Assembly (NCBI GenBank): GCA_011176615.1
Contig: DUEG01000001.1
Coordinates: forward strand, 209-64,208
Direction of reading: 5' to 3'
Length of the DNA stretch: 64,000 nt
Source: Anaerolineae bacterium
GTDB lineage: Bacteria; Chloroflexota; Anaerolineae; Anaerolineales; UBA11858
Positions 6,451 to 16,389 of this stretch are shown here, piece by piece. Below the pieces are notes generated by a model. That model saw nothing but the letters and a program-made list of their open reading frames with translations, was not told the origin of the DNA and searched no databases. Position 1 is the first letter of the stretch. The number at the start of each line of letters is the position of its first letter. Both the position numbers and the translations under genes were made by a program.

Positions 6451-8874
6451 TTAATTCCTTAATGGTTTCCCAGTCTGAAGGATGTGCCACATTCGTTCCT
6501 GAGATTTTTTCTCACCACAAAGTGATAAGAAGGCTTCCCGTTCCAGATCGAGGAAATATTGTTCGTCCATCCAGGTGCCTTTACTAATTTCCCCGCCGCA
6601 CATCACATAGACCAACTTTCCACCAATGTGTGACTCGTACTCGGTGATATAGCCACCTTCCTTGAACATATACAAGCCAACCTGAAGTCCCGCAAGCACG
6701 TCCCGACCTGCGGCATATACTTTCTCAGGAGGTGGCGGGCTATATCCAACATCAAGCATGTGAAGAACCTCTTTCTTGGCTTCGGCAATCAAGTGGTCAC
6801 GGTTGATTACGATTCGGTCGCCTTCACCGAGTATTCCAAATTCCCTTGCTTCGACAGCACTGGTCGCAACCTTTGCCATCCCAACCTGCTCAAAAAGCCT
6901 TTGCAGGAAAGGAAATGGTTCAGCATCTTTTGTCCGCATAGGGGGGTTCAGAATCCTACGAACCATCTCTTTCGTTCCCCCGCCAGCTGGAATCACGCCT
7001 GCCCCCACTTCTACCAATCCTGTATATAACTCACTGGCTGCAACAACCCTGGAACCATGCATAGTGATTTCAGCCCCACCACCCAATGTTAAACCTGCTG
7101 GGGCAACTACGATTGGTTGTGGAAAATACTTCATCCTCATATTTAAATCTTGTAATTGCTTCACAATTTTTTCAAGTTGATCCCACATTCCTTCTTGGGC
7201 AGCCATGACAACCCCAAAAAGATTAGCACCAGCGCTAAAGTTATCAGCATCATTTCCGATAACCAATCCTTCGAATTCTCCTTCTTCGATACGATTGAAT
7301 GCATCATCCATCATTCCAAGAATATCTTCATCTATTGTGTTCATCTTGGTATTGAATTCTACGCAAGCGACACCATCGCCAAGGTCAATAATCGTTGCAC
7401 CAGCATTCTGAGCCACAACTTTCCCTTTAGATTTTTCTTCTTTGAGGACAATGATCGCGTCCGACCGTTTGATCGATTCATATTCTCCGAGGATGGGGTT
7501 ATATACACCTATTTTCCGCTCTCCATCATATTGATAAAAAGTTTTGAATCCGCCATCCAGCATTTTCTTTACCCACCCTGCAGGTTGAAAACCAGCAGAG
7601 CTCATCGGTTCGATCATCTTCTCAACACCAAGCATATCCCATGTTTCAAAGGGGCCAACTTGATGACCGAACCCCCAACACATTGCATCATCTATGGGTT
7701 TCGGAGAATCTGCTACCTCAGGGATTAACTCGGATGCATAAGCAAAGCCTTGGTATGTCAATGCCTGAACAAGTTTCGCGGCTTTATCTCCGTCCTGTAG
7801 CAATATTTCCAGGCGTTCTTTGAGAGAATCTAGGTCCTTTACTTTTCCAATTGATTCAAAGCGCGGTTTTTCAGGAGACTGGTATTCAAAAGTTTTTAAG
7901 TTCAATGGCCAGAATTCCTTTTTTCCATCTTTGCGAACTTGTTTGTAAAACCCCTGTTTTGTCTTGTTCCCAAGCCATTTCTTTTCAACCATTGTTTTGA
8001 TCAAGTGATTTGCAGGTTCAGATTGAAGGTATTTAAGCGCATGTTTATCATAGGGAATTGCCGCTGCTAAATTTGTGCCCACATGATCCCAAACATCTAT
8101 ACCCACAAGATCAATCAAACGAAAAGTCGCTGTCTTTGGTCTTCCAATCACAGGACCTGTAATAGCATCCACTTCCTCGACAGTGTAATTATTTTCGAGA
8201 ATATAATGCAACGCGAATGCCCCAGTTCCAAATCCGAAACGGTTAGCAATGAAATTCGGGGTATCTTTACACAATACAATCCCCTTCCCGAGACGATATT
8301 CCCCAAAGAAGGAAATAAAATCAACAACTTCAGGAAGCGTTTCCTTTGTCGGAATGACCTCCAAAAGTTTCAGATATCGAGGGGGATTGAAAAAGTGCGT
8401 TCCTAGGAAATGTTTCCGGAAACCTTCAGAACGCCCTTCTGCAATCGAGCCTATCTGAATTCCTGATGTGTTTGTACTCACAATAGCATGGGGAAGACGA
8501 ATCTCATCGACCCGTTCCATGAGATTTCTCTTGATTTTTAAATTCTCGATAACCGCTTCAATGATCCAATCTGCTCTCCCGATAGCGTCGAAATCATCTT
8601 CCAAATTACCTACTGTTATTAGCGAGGCAAGTTCTTTCGAATAGAAACTCGCTGGTCTTGATTTAATTGCCCGCTCCAGACCCTGAGTCACAATCCTATT
8701 ACGAACCTTTGGATTATCAAGGGTCAACCCCTTTGCTTCTTCTTTCGGTGTCAACTCGCGAGGAACAATATCAAGCAAAGTTACCCGCACACCAATATTT
8801 GCAAAGTGTGCCGCAATCGCTGCTCCCATTGTTCCCGATCCAATGACAACCGCTTGATGTACTTTGTATTTCAT
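6451..8874 (-). CDS. bifunctional 3-hydroxyacyl-CoA dehydrogenase / enoyl-CoA hydratase (FadN-like domain order)
   Basis: The N-terminal Rossmann motif VIGSGTMGAAIA marks the HAD domain. The C-terminal crotonase region is GLVIGNDADNFSAGANL. The ATG at 8874 (MKYK) has GGAGG 5 nt upstream, whereas the tracked TTG at 8886 overlaps that SD. Confidence 0.9.
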   Translation of the reverse strand: MKYKVHQAVVIGSGTMGAAIAAHFANIGVRVTLLDIVPRELTPKEEAKGLTLDNPKVRNRIVTQGLERAIKSRPASFYSKELASLITVGNLEDDFDAIGRADWIIEAVIENLKIKRNLMERVDEIRLPHAIVSTNTSGIQIGSIAEGRSEGFRKHFLGTHFFNPPRYLKLLEVIPTKETLPEVVDFISFFGEYRLGKGIVLCKDTPNFIANRFGFGTGAFALHYILENNYTVEEVDAITGPVIGRPKTATFRLIDLVGIDVWDHVGTNLAAAIPYDKHALKYLQSEPANHLIKTMVEKKWLGNKTKQGFYKQVRKDGKKEFWPLNLKTFEYQSPEKPRFESIGKVKDLDSLKERLEILLQDGDKAAKLVQALTYQGFAYASELIPEVADSPKPIDDAMCWGFGHQVGPFETWDMLGVEKMIEPMSSAGFQPAGWVKKMLDGGFKTFYQYDGERKIGVYNPILGEYESIKRSDAIIVLKEEKSKGKVVAQNAGATIIDLGDGVACVEFNTKMNTIDEDILGMMDDAFNRIEEGEFEGLVIGNDADNFSAGANLFGVVMAAQEGMWDQLEKIVKQLQDLNMRMKYFPQPIVVAPAGLTLGGGAEITMHGSRVVAASELYTGLVEVGAGVIPAGGGTKEMVRRILNPPMRTKDAEPFPFLQRLFEQVGMAKVATSAVEAREFGILGEGDRIVINRDHLIAEAKKEVLHMLDVGYSPPPPEKVYAAGRDVLAGLQVGLYMFKEGGYITEYESHIGGKLVYVMCGGEISKGTWMDEQYFLDLEREAFLSLCGEKKSQERMWHILQTGKPLRN

Positions 8875-8933
8875 AGTAGCCTCCAATCTTTGAATAACTT
8901 ACTCTTTTTTTGCTTCCATGTTAATGAGAACCA

Positions 8934-9827
8934 TTACGGACCCCAAATTACCAAATTATCGAAGTATACGGTAAGATTTTCTTTCGAATCCAAAGTCCCT
9001 GCCATCATCCCAACATACCCTGGACCAAGTCCTGCGACTTGCTTACGAATTAATGCCTTGTCATTAACAAATAATGTGAGCGCATTTCCACGGCAGTCTC
9101 CACGGATATGATTTGTCGCCCCTTTGTTTGTTTTAATAATATCCGATTTTTGATATACGATGAAATCCACAAACCCATTACGGGTCTGCCCCAACCCATA
9201 ATATCCATCGGATGTGATGAAAAGCGTGTAATAACTACTCGTGGACTCACGACAGGAAAAGCCATAATATCCACCCCCACTTTTCAGGGTCACATCCGCC
9301 TCAACGCGTACTTCTGCCAGTTTCAACCAACTTCTGCTACTTGTTATCTCGACATTATTATCTTCAATTGTCATGAAATATTTCCCCCCTGCAATGCCCA
9401 TCTTATAATTTTTTCCGCTTGTCTTCAACCAAGGCGTTGAAGGATCAGAGAAATCTTCCTTTAAAATAGGAATTACTTCCGGAGTGGCTGTGGGAGAAAG
9501 TGTCGGTGAAGCAGTCCAAGTTGGTCTCAATGTTTTGGATGGAAATGGTGTCCATGTCGGGCGCAGCGTTGGCTTTTCCATTCTGGTTGGTGTTGTTCTT
9601 TCAGTTGGAACCGGGGTTTTCGTAGGAACAGGAGTAATACTCGGCTCTACTATATCAGTTGGTTTTTCCGTGGCTTGTATTGACTGATCGTTCTCAGTTT
9701 CCGTTTGAAGCCTTTGCCCAAGGCTACACGCAGTACCGGCAATCCCAAGCAGTAAAACCAATAATATTAGATTGATTCTCATTGGTGATATATTTATCTT
9801 GCTCATAAGCGTTCCAATCTCTATCAA
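8934..9827 (-). CDS. secreted lipoprotein with a Pro/Thr-rich linker and a C-terminal LamG/ConA-like beta-sandwich domain (paralog A)
   Basis: Signal peptide with a lipobox-like GTAC. PT-rich linker (TPVPTKTPVPTERTTPT..). The C-terminal pattern FSD..W..YYGFSCR..YYTLFITSDGYYGLG..LTLFVND..VGMMAG..VYFDNLVIW is shared with the adjacent gene. The exact start is uncertain. Confidence 0.7.
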   Translation of the reverse strand: MIEIGTLMSKINISPMRINLILLVLLLGIAGTACSLGQRLQTETENDQSIQATEKPTDIVEPSITPVPTKTPVPTERTTPTRMEKPTLRPTWTPFPSKTLRPTWTASPTLSPTATPEVIPILKEDFSDPSTPWLKTSGKNYKMGIAGGKYFMTIEDNNVEITSSRSWLKLAEVRVEADVTLKSGGGYYGFSCRESTSSYYTLFITSDGYYGLGQTRNGFVDFIVYQKSDIIKTNKGATNHIRGDCRGNALTLFVNDKALIRKQVAGLGPGYVGMMAGTLDSKENLTVYFDNLVIWGP

Positions 9828-9852
9828 ACATCCAGATAAAATTCATAAGGAA

Positions 9853-10746
9853 TTATGGATTCAGAATCGCAAAATTATCGAATTCCACTTCCATTCCTAC
9901 ACCACTTAGTTTATTACCTACAACCATTCCAACATTCCCTGAATTAAAAGTATCATCAATTACTTGTAATAATTCTTCACCATTTGCAAATAGCGTTAGT
10001 CGTTTCTCATTACAAACACCGCATACCCGGTTCATATGGTTCTTCCCCTGGTTGATAATTCCTTTTTCATCTATCCCATCTTCCAAAAACTCGAATTCAC
10101 CGTCTTTCATCCTTCCAATCCCATAAAAACCATCATCTCCAATTACAAGAGCGTAATAATTGTCTCCTTCATCCTTGAGTCGACATACAACACCATAATA
10201 ACCATCATCAGGACCATCAACGCGCTTACCATCAACTTCAATTTTTATATTATGGTAGTTAACATCCCGAATACTCCAAATCGCTGCATTCAAGATTTTG
10301 TTATAAATATGATATGTTTCCTTTACATATTTAAAGCCATATTCATCCCCTGTATATTTGTACCAACCATTGCTATTGGAAAAATTATCTTCGAAGATCG
10401 CACCGGGTATTTCTGTCGGCGTAGGACTAAGCGTTGGCGTTTCAGAATTCGTTGGCTCAGGCGTCGCTGTAGAAGGAGATTGTGTGGGAGGTTCTAAGGT
10501 ATTTGTTTGTAATGGAGGTAAAGGTACAGGCTGAGTCATTGTCGCTTTTACTTGCTCTTCCTGTGCAGATTTTGTGTAATCAGCAACAATTGTTAAAGCA
10601 ACTGAAGTGAAAATCTCGTCCTTAGAAATAGTTTCAACAGGTTGTTGCTGCTGCAAAACGGGTAAATTACAAGAAACTAAGAATATGCTTCCAAAGAGCA
10701 AGAAAATTAAACTAAGACCCAGTATTTGTTGATGGACTTTCTTCAC
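9853..10746 (-). CDS. secreted lipoprotein with a Pro/Thr-rich linker and a C-terminal LamG/ConA-like beta-sandwich domain (paralog B)
   Basis: Signal peptide with LVSC. PT-rich linker. The C-terminal pattern FSN..W..YYGVVCR..YYALVIGDDGFYGIG..LTLFANG..VGMVVG..VEFDNFAILNP is collinear with paralog A. Confidence 0.7.
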   Translation of the reverse strand: MKKVHQQILGLSLIFLLFGSIFLVSCNLPVLQQQQPVETISKDEIFTSVALTIVADYTKSAQEEQVKATMTQPVPLPPLQTNTLEPPTQSPSTATPEPTNSETPTLSPTPTEIPGAIFEDNFSNSNGWYKYTGDEYGFKYVKETYHIYNKILNAAIWSIRDVNYHNIKIEVDGKRVDGPDDGYYGVVCRLKDEGDNYYALVIGDDGFYGIGRMKDGEFEFLEDGIDEKGIINQGKNHMNRVCGVCNEKRLTLFANGEELLQVIDDTFNSGNVGMVVGNKLSGVGMEVEFDNFAILNP

Positions 10747-10881
10747 TCGCTTATACCTCCGTTTTCTTCACTCAGAGCGACTCAAACTTACTTCATATTC
10801 AACAATTATTATCAACTAATCATTACATATTCAATCATCCACAAATAATCTCCTTGTAGGAAATCCTTAAACACTCTTTTT

Positions 10882-10923
10882 GAAAAAAAGATGACCTTGC
10901 AAAACAAAACATTGCAAGGTCAT
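10882..10923 (-). terminator. intrinsic terminator of the phosphofructokinase gene
   Basis: A perfect 12-bp stem, ATGACCTTGCAA (10891-10902) with TTGCAAGGTCAT (10912-10923), around a 9-nt loop. On the minus strand it is followed by CTTTTTTT. Confidence 0.8.
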
Positions 10924-10930
10924 TTAGTTT

Positions 10931-12100
10931 TTAGTACAAGAACATCGGCTTTCCCAGCATATCATGCACCTTCGGACGGTAATTCTCAACGTCATAAAGG
11001 GCGGTAACATCAACAATCTTCTTTCCTGATGTAACCATGGTCAGAGGAACGGTTGTATAATTTCCTTGTTGTAGGGCAACCATCCTGCCGGTATGCCCTA
11101 TGGCTATTTGATCTAATGCCAAATTTCCAAACGAGACTGCGACCATTCGGTCCAAAGAATCCGGAGAACCTGAGCGCATTAAATAAGCCAATTGTTGATG
11201 CATCACGTTAATCCCAGAACGTTTTTTTATTTCCTGTGCAACCAGGTATCCAATACCACCGAGTTTCTTATGCCCATAAGCATCTTCTTCACCCGTTTGG
11301 ATAATCTCACCTCCGAGAACTTGTGCTCCTTCAGAGATTGTCATAATCGCATAATTAGAGGGGTTATTCTTTCTATCCTTGATTAAGAAATTTACAAGCC
11401 TGTCAAGATCAATTGGCACCTCAGAAATTACTGCCCGGTTCACATCCGCCAAGTATGCAGCAAATAGAGAGGTTTCCCCAGAATTTCGTCCAAATAATTC
11501 CATCACACCTATTCTTTCATGTGAACCGACAGGGGTCCTCATATTAATAATGGCATCAACCGAGCGGGTAACTGCTGTAGAGAAGCCAATACAATAATCT
11601 GTTCCAAATACATCATTATCCATTGTCTTGGGTATAGCCACAACTTGAAAACCCTCTTGATGTAATCTTGCAGCATAACTCAGTGTATCATCACCACCAA
11701 TTGGTATTAAAGCCTCAACTTCCAACGCATCTAATACTTTAAGAACATGCGACGTACAATCTACCCGCCCGTTATCTTTCTGGAGAATGTCTTCCGCTGC
11801 TATATGATTTGGCACATCTTCGGGTTTCCAATTGGATGGATTGGTGCGCGAAGTATGTAAAACCGTCCCGCCTGTCCGATCGATCTTCCGAACACACTCT
11901 TTTGTCAAAGGAATCGTTAATTCCCGAATGGTTTCTGGGTTACTTGGATCAATTCCCAGAACACTCCACCATCCTCTGCGTAAACCAATGACCTCAATGC
12001 TGTGATCTCTAGCCCGGTTAACTACTGCTTTAATCGCAACATTCAACCCAGGAACATCACCTCCACCTGTCAAGATGCCGATTTTTCGTTTTACGACCAT
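10931..12100 (-). CDS. pfp: 6-phosphofructokinase, with PPi-dependent-type signature residues
   Basis: PfkA family: [27 protein letters not shown]. Asp in GGDD and Lys in PKTMDND are the residues associated with PPi rather than ATP use. ATG 12100 has GGAGG 7 nt upstream. Confidence 0.8.
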   Translation of the reverse strand: MVVKRKIGILTGGGDVPGLNVAIKAVVNRARDHSIEVIGLRRGWWSVLGIDPSNPETIRELTIPLTKECVRKIDRTGGTVLHTSRTNPSNWKPEDVPNHIAAEDILQKDNGRVDCTSHVLKVLDALEVEALIPIGGDDTLSYAARLHQEGFQVVAIPKTMDNDVFGTDYCIGFSTAVTRSVDAIINMRTPVGSHERIGVMELFGRNSGETSLFAAYLADVNRAVISEVPIDLDRLVNFLIKDRKNNPSNYAIMTISEGAQVLGGEIIQTGEEDAYGHKKLGGIGYLVAQEIKKRSGINVMHQQLAYLMRSGSPDSLDRMVAVSFGNLALDQIAIGHTGRMVALQQGNYTTVPLTMVTSGKKIVDVTALYDVENYRPKVHDMLGKPMFLY

Positions 12101-12319
12101 GTTGTTACCTCCGTAGTGTATTTGCAACCAGACAAAGAATCTTCCTCCTTCAAAGGTCCCGTCTGTTCCATGTTGGTCTTTTACAATCTATTTGATTTTA
12201 CCTCAAATCAACACCTTGACAGTTTGCTTCAGCGTGTCTTCTGTGGATATTTCATGGACTCTATTTTTATCGATCAAAATGAATCCTTTTGTCCAACCAT
12301 AATCTCACCGATCATCTAA

Positions 12320-13570
12320 TCATCTCAATTGACTACCCCGATAACCTAGAACATTTCTAGCAACAACAAGACGATTTATCTGACCTGTTCCTTCATATAA
12401 ATCTGTTATCTTCGAATCACGGAACCATTTCTCCAGCAACAATTCCCTGCTATACCCTAATGGACCAAGAATCTCAATCGCTTTTTGGGTTATCTTAACA
12501 ACAACATCGCCAGCACGTAATTTGGACATTGAGGCTTCTCGTGGATTATGGATATGATTGTCCGCCATCCATACAGCTTTTAGTACAAGTAACCACGCTG
12601 AATGGAGCATCATTTCCATATCAATGAATTCGCGTTCAATATTTGTTAATTTCTGCCTTGGTAACCCATATCGAATGACAACTCCATTCTTCTCAAGTTC
12701 TTCTTTGAGTAATTCCAGGGTTGCCCTAGCAATGCCAATCGCCTGTGCTGCAACGATTGGGCGAGTCGCATCAAAGGTAGCCATTGCACCTTTAAAACCC
12801 TTCGTTGTTCTCTTCTCCACTTCAGGACTACCGAGAATATTTTCGAAAGGCACTCGACAATCTTGAAGGAGGATGGAGGCAGTATCACTCACGCGTATTC
12901 CGAGTTTATACTCCAGTTTTGTGACAGTACAACCAGGCGTACCCGCTTCGACAACAAAGGACCTCATACCTGCTCTCCCTGCTGAAGGATCAATCGTCGC
13001 CCAAACAATTATGAAGCCATCAGAATCGATCAATGCTTTATGTCCTGCGGTTACGAATATCTTCTCACCATTTAATATCCATTCATTTGTTTCTTTGTCC
13101 AATACTGCGGTTGCACGAATCGCAGAAGTATCTGAACCGGCTTGTGGTTCTGTCATTGCCATCGCATCGAAAACAGGTTTATCCCCTCTGAATTTTGAAA
13201 GAAATTTCTTTTTCTGCTCAGGAGTTCCTGCAGCCGATACCGCAGCAGAACCAAGCATGCCTCCAGGTGTGCACAAATACATACCTGCATCACCCCAAGC
13301 AAGCATCTCAACCATATGCACCAAGCGCTGGTATCCGATAGGTGGTCGCTTGTCTTTCTTCTCATCTTTTGACTTCTTATCTGTTGGAGCCATTGATGCT
13401 GCGCCTCCCATGGCTTTTGTTGCCTGGTGCATAAAATTAATATAATCCCATGGAATTTCATGCTCATGGTCATCAAAGTAACGAGACACTGGGCGCATCA
13501 TATTTACTGCTACAGTCTCTACCAAATTTTGTACTTGTTGAATAGCCTCGGGTTTATCAAAATCAATCAT
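12320..13570 (-). CDS. acyl-CoA dehydrogenase (canonical FAD-binding/catalytic type)
   Basis: 416 aa. MTEPQAGSD motif and a C-terminal DLYEGTGQINRLVVAR carrying the catalytic Glu. Unusual Lys-rich insertion near residue 60 (PTDKKSKDEKKDKRPP). Confidence 0.85.
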   Translation of the reverse strand: MIDFDKPEAIQQVQNLVETVAVNMMRPVSRYFDDHEHEIPWDYINFMHQATKAMGGAASMAPTDKKSKDEKKDKRPPIGYQRLVHMVEMLAWGDAGMYLCTPGGMLGSAAVSAAGTPEQKKKFLSKFRGDKPVFDAMAMTEPQAGSDTSAIRATAVLDKETNEWILNGEKIFVTAGHKALIDSDGFIIVWATIDPSAGRAGMRSFVVEAGTPGCTVTKLEYKLGIRVSDTASILLQDCRVPFENILGSPEVEKRTTKGFKGAMATFDATRPIVAAQAIGIARATLELLKEELEKNGVVIRYGLPRQKLTNIEREFIDMEMMLHSAWLLVLKAVWMADNHIHNPREASMSKLRAGDVVVKITQKAIEILGPLGYSRELLLEKWFRDSKITDLYEGTGQINRLVVARNVLGYRGSQLR

Positions 13571-13617
13571 GATTCCATCTCCATCATTCTTTATTAATCA
13601 TCTATTTTTTTATATTT

Positions 13618-14712
13618 TCAAACGATTGCCAGTCCTGAAAAACTTGCAAACCCTCGTCCATTTCTCATCCACAACTCAACTGGGTGCTCACGGATATAAC
13701 CATGCCCCCCAAGGATTTGGACTGCTCTGTCAGTAACCATCATAGCCATGTCCATAGCACCTGTAATGGCTAAGTACGCTTGTTTACTTGATTCGGGTTT
13801 ATCATTATCAATCATCCATGCTGCCTCCCAAACAAGCATTCGGATTGCCTCAATTTCTGTTGCCATCTCCGCAATCATAAATGCAATCGCCTGTTTTTGA
13901 GCCACTTTGACTCCAAATACGTCTCGCTCTTTCGCGTAATCTCGCGAATATTCGAATGCAGCCCTTGACAAACCAACAGCCATTGCAGCCATCGCTACTC
14001 GAGACGCATCAATGATCGGTTCAATTTTATGACCTTCCTCGCCACCAATACGGTTTTCTTTTGGAATCCGTACATTATTGAATTTTACGGGATACAATGG
14101 CAATGCATTTAACCCAAGGTTTTTTTGTCGCTCCCCTACTTCTAATCCTTCTTGACCTTTAGGAATAATAAAACCCTGTGTAACGCCATCAAGGTTAGCA
14201 TATACAATCATTCCTTCCGAATCAGGCGCAAAAGGAACATATATTTTCTCGCCAGAAATAACGTAAGAGTCACCATCGATCATTGCCGTTGTATGCAAAT
14301 CATTTGGATCAAAGTCAAAGGAATTTTCCATTAAGGCTGATGTATAAGGTCTCCATTCTTCCTCGATAACAGGTGGAATGAACGTCTTTTTCTGCTCCTC
14401 GTTACCTGCAATGAGAATTGGCATGACGTAAAGTCCCGGAACCATCACAGCCATTGCGCCTGCCAAATCCCCATAGGCAATCTCTTCAGCTGCCAGGACG
14501 CCAGTTAATGCAGACCTCTCTCCAAATCCATCGTATGTTTCCGGAATGGATGCCTGCAAATACCCCAATTCCCATCCTTTTTCGATAACTTCTAGAGGAA
14601 ACTCATTCTCCTCATCAGCGTCATGCGCTGCTGCTCTTAAATCATCAAGTGCATATCGCTGAATAGCATCGATAAGCATTTTTTGTTCTTCGTTTGGACT
14701 AAAAGAATACAT
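13618..14712 (-). CDS. acyl-CoA dehydrogenase-fold protein lacking the canonical catalytic Glu and GSD motifs (candidate non-catalytic partner subunit)
   Basis: 364 aa with ACAD-like architecture (..QILGGHGYIREHPVELWMRNGR..). It has LMENSFDFDPND instead of TEPxAGSD. The C-terminus is FASFSGLAIV where YEGT is expected. GGAGG SD present. Confidence 0.75.
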   Translation of the reverse strand: MYSFSPNEEQKMLIDAIQRYALDDLRAAAHDADEENEFPLEVIEKGWELGYLQASIPETYDGFGERSALTGVLAAEEIAYGDLAGAMAVMVPGLYVMPILIAGNEEQKKTFIPPVIEEEWRPYTSALMENSFDFDPNDLHTTAMIDGDSYVISGEKIYVPFAPDSEGMIVYANLDGVTQGFIIPKGQEGLEVGERQKNLGLNALPLYPVKFNNVRIPKENRIGGEEGHKIEPIIDASRVAMAAMAVGLSRAAFEYSRDYAKERDVFGVKVAQKQAIAFMIAEMATEIEAIRMLVWEAAWMIDNDKPESSKQAYLAITGAMDMAMMVTDRAVQILGGHGYIREHPVELWMRNGRGFASFSGLAIV

Positions 14713-14764
14713 TTGATCCTCCTTTTGATTAATAAATTATTTAAAAAACTCATTTTGATTTTTT

Positions 14765-15781
14765 TTATACACGCTTATACAATAACGGAAGAGGCTTATT
14801 TTTCTCCGAAAGAGTGCCCCAGTTTTCTATCCTTAACAAACTCCGTTGGTATAAATATTCAACATGCGCTCCAGACTCCTCAAGCGCAAGTATTTCGTTG
14901 TAACCTTTCGTGTCACCGAACAAAGTTGATGAAATCTCTTGTATCGTCTTTGGTTGTTTGGCAATGTCCAATACTTGACTTAACCTTCTCATATGGAAAT
15001 CTCGGATTTCTCCGATACGCTTAGATATATCTCGAATCGGATTTTGATGTCCGGGGAGCGCTAAGTTAGTCCCATCGAGCCAGGATTCGAAAGTATTAAG
15101 GGAATTCAAATAATGTGTTAAGCCTGTATTCATCGTGATCCGCTCTGGGGCTTGGTGAGGAGTGATATCAGATAAGATGTGATCACCACAAAAGACAACA
15201 TCATGTAATCGAATGACAACTTGTCCAGCACAATGTCCAGGGACATGCAAAAATTCAAACGCTCCTAACTCCATGTTATCTAATTCGATAGTAAAATCCA
15301 CTGGAATAGAACGAAAGTCTAACTTACTCATCTTGTACAATTGAAGTAGTTGCTCAGTTTCATCTGTTGGCACACCAGCATCTAGGAAGAATCGCATTAA
15401 GCGAAGTGCAACGAGATTCAAACGTTCATCAATATTCGTGAGGCTTCGCTGATCTAATATATGAACGCCTACTTTTGCAGAGCATCTTTCCTTGATGAAG
15501 TTCAACCCACCAAAATGATCAATATGCCCATGAGTAATAAATATTCGCAAAATCTTCTCAAAATCAATCTCCTTTCCTATACTATCTCCTACACTTTTAA
15601 ATCCCTCTTCAAGATCTTGATTGTTCTTGCCAAAACCCGATCCAGTATCGATTAGAACCCAGTCGCCATCAAAATACACCAAATAAGCAAATGCCCAAAA
15701 ATTCGGAAATGCCTCAAGAGGCAACTGAAATATATCTGCTCCTAACTTTGTCTTGAAGTGCTCTACCTTGTAATTATTCAT
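14765..15781 (-). CDS. MBL-fold metallo-hydrolase
   Basis: THGHIDHFGG (HxHxDH) plus downstream His/Asp ligand contexts. The start ATG overlaps the TetR stop (ATGA). Confidence 0.8.
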   Translation of the reverse strand: MNNYKVEHFKTKLGADIFQLPLEAFPNFWAFAYLVYFDGDWVLIDTGSGFGKNNQDLEEGFKSVGDSIGKEIDFEKILRIFITHGHIDHFGGLNFIKERCSAKVGVHILDQRSLTNIDERLNLVALRLMRFFLDAGVPTDETEQLLQLYKMSKLDFRSIPVDFTIELDNMELGAFEFLHVPGHCAGQVVIRLHDVVFCGDHILSDITPHQAPERITMNTGLTHYLNSLNTFESWLDGTNLALPGHQNPIRDISKRIGEIRDFHMRRLSQVLDIAKQPKTIQEISSTLFGDTKGYNEILALEESGAHVEYLYQRSLLRIENWGTLSEKNKPLPLLYKRV

Positions 15782-16359
15782 TGATTTAGAGACTCACTGC
15801 GGGCTACCAATCCCGTCAAGATCAAATCCGCAAATTGATCGGCAATCTCGATAGGAGAAAGCCTGCCATTTGAACGAACCCAAGTTATCGACCAATTCAT
15901 CATTCCAAGAACTGCTTTAGCCGCAAGAGAAACATCTCTGCAAGAAAAAACCCCACAATTAACACCCTCCTCGATCATATCTCGCCACAATTGCTCGAAG
16001 CGATCTCGTTTTGGAATATGTTTTGCGTTCAATTCCGGATTTAACGAACGATGCTCCATTAATAGAACCGCTGCAAGGTCACGCTTATCTATTAATGATT
16101 GTATGTATGTTTCCATAGCAAGGCGCAATTTCACTTCCGGAGCCAGAGGTTTAGAAACAATCTCCTCAATCCTCTGAATTAGCATATCCAATGCCTGGTT
16201 CAAGAGAACAAAAAGTATTTCTTGCTTACTAGAAATATGATGATATAAGGAAGGTTTTTGAAGATGAACAGCCTGTGCAATATCCCGCATTGAAGCCGCG
16301 TGATAACCCTTTTCGCTGATAATTTGTGCGGCTGCTTCAAGTATTTTTTCTTTATTCAT
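15778..16359 (-). CDS. TetR/AcrR-family transcriptional regulator (likely regulator of the downstream acyl-CoA genes)
   Basis: 193 aa. The N-terminal HTH is GYHAASMRDIAQAVHLQKPSLYHHISSKQEIL. It is the first gene of the TetR-MBL-ACAD-ACAD string. Confidence 0.85.
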   Translation of the reverse strand: MNKEKILEAAAQIISEKGYHAASMRDIAQAVHLQKPSLYHHISSKQEILFVLLNQALDMLIQRIEEIVSKPLAPEVKLRLAMETYIQSLIDKRDLAAVLLMEHRSLNPELNAKHIPKRDRFEQLWRDMIEEGVNCGVFSCRDVSLAAKAVLGMMNWSITWVRSNGRLSPIEIADQFADLILTGLVARSESLNQ

Positions 16360-16389
16360 CTTAATCTACCGACCGTTCGGTAGATTAAG
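16360..16389. promoter_or_regulatory. 30-bp palindromic operator candidate abutting the TetR start codon
   Basis: CTTAATCTACCGA-ccgt-TCGGTAGATTAAG has perfect 13-bp arms. It lies between the predicted -10 and the ATG of the TetR gene. Confidence 0.6.
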
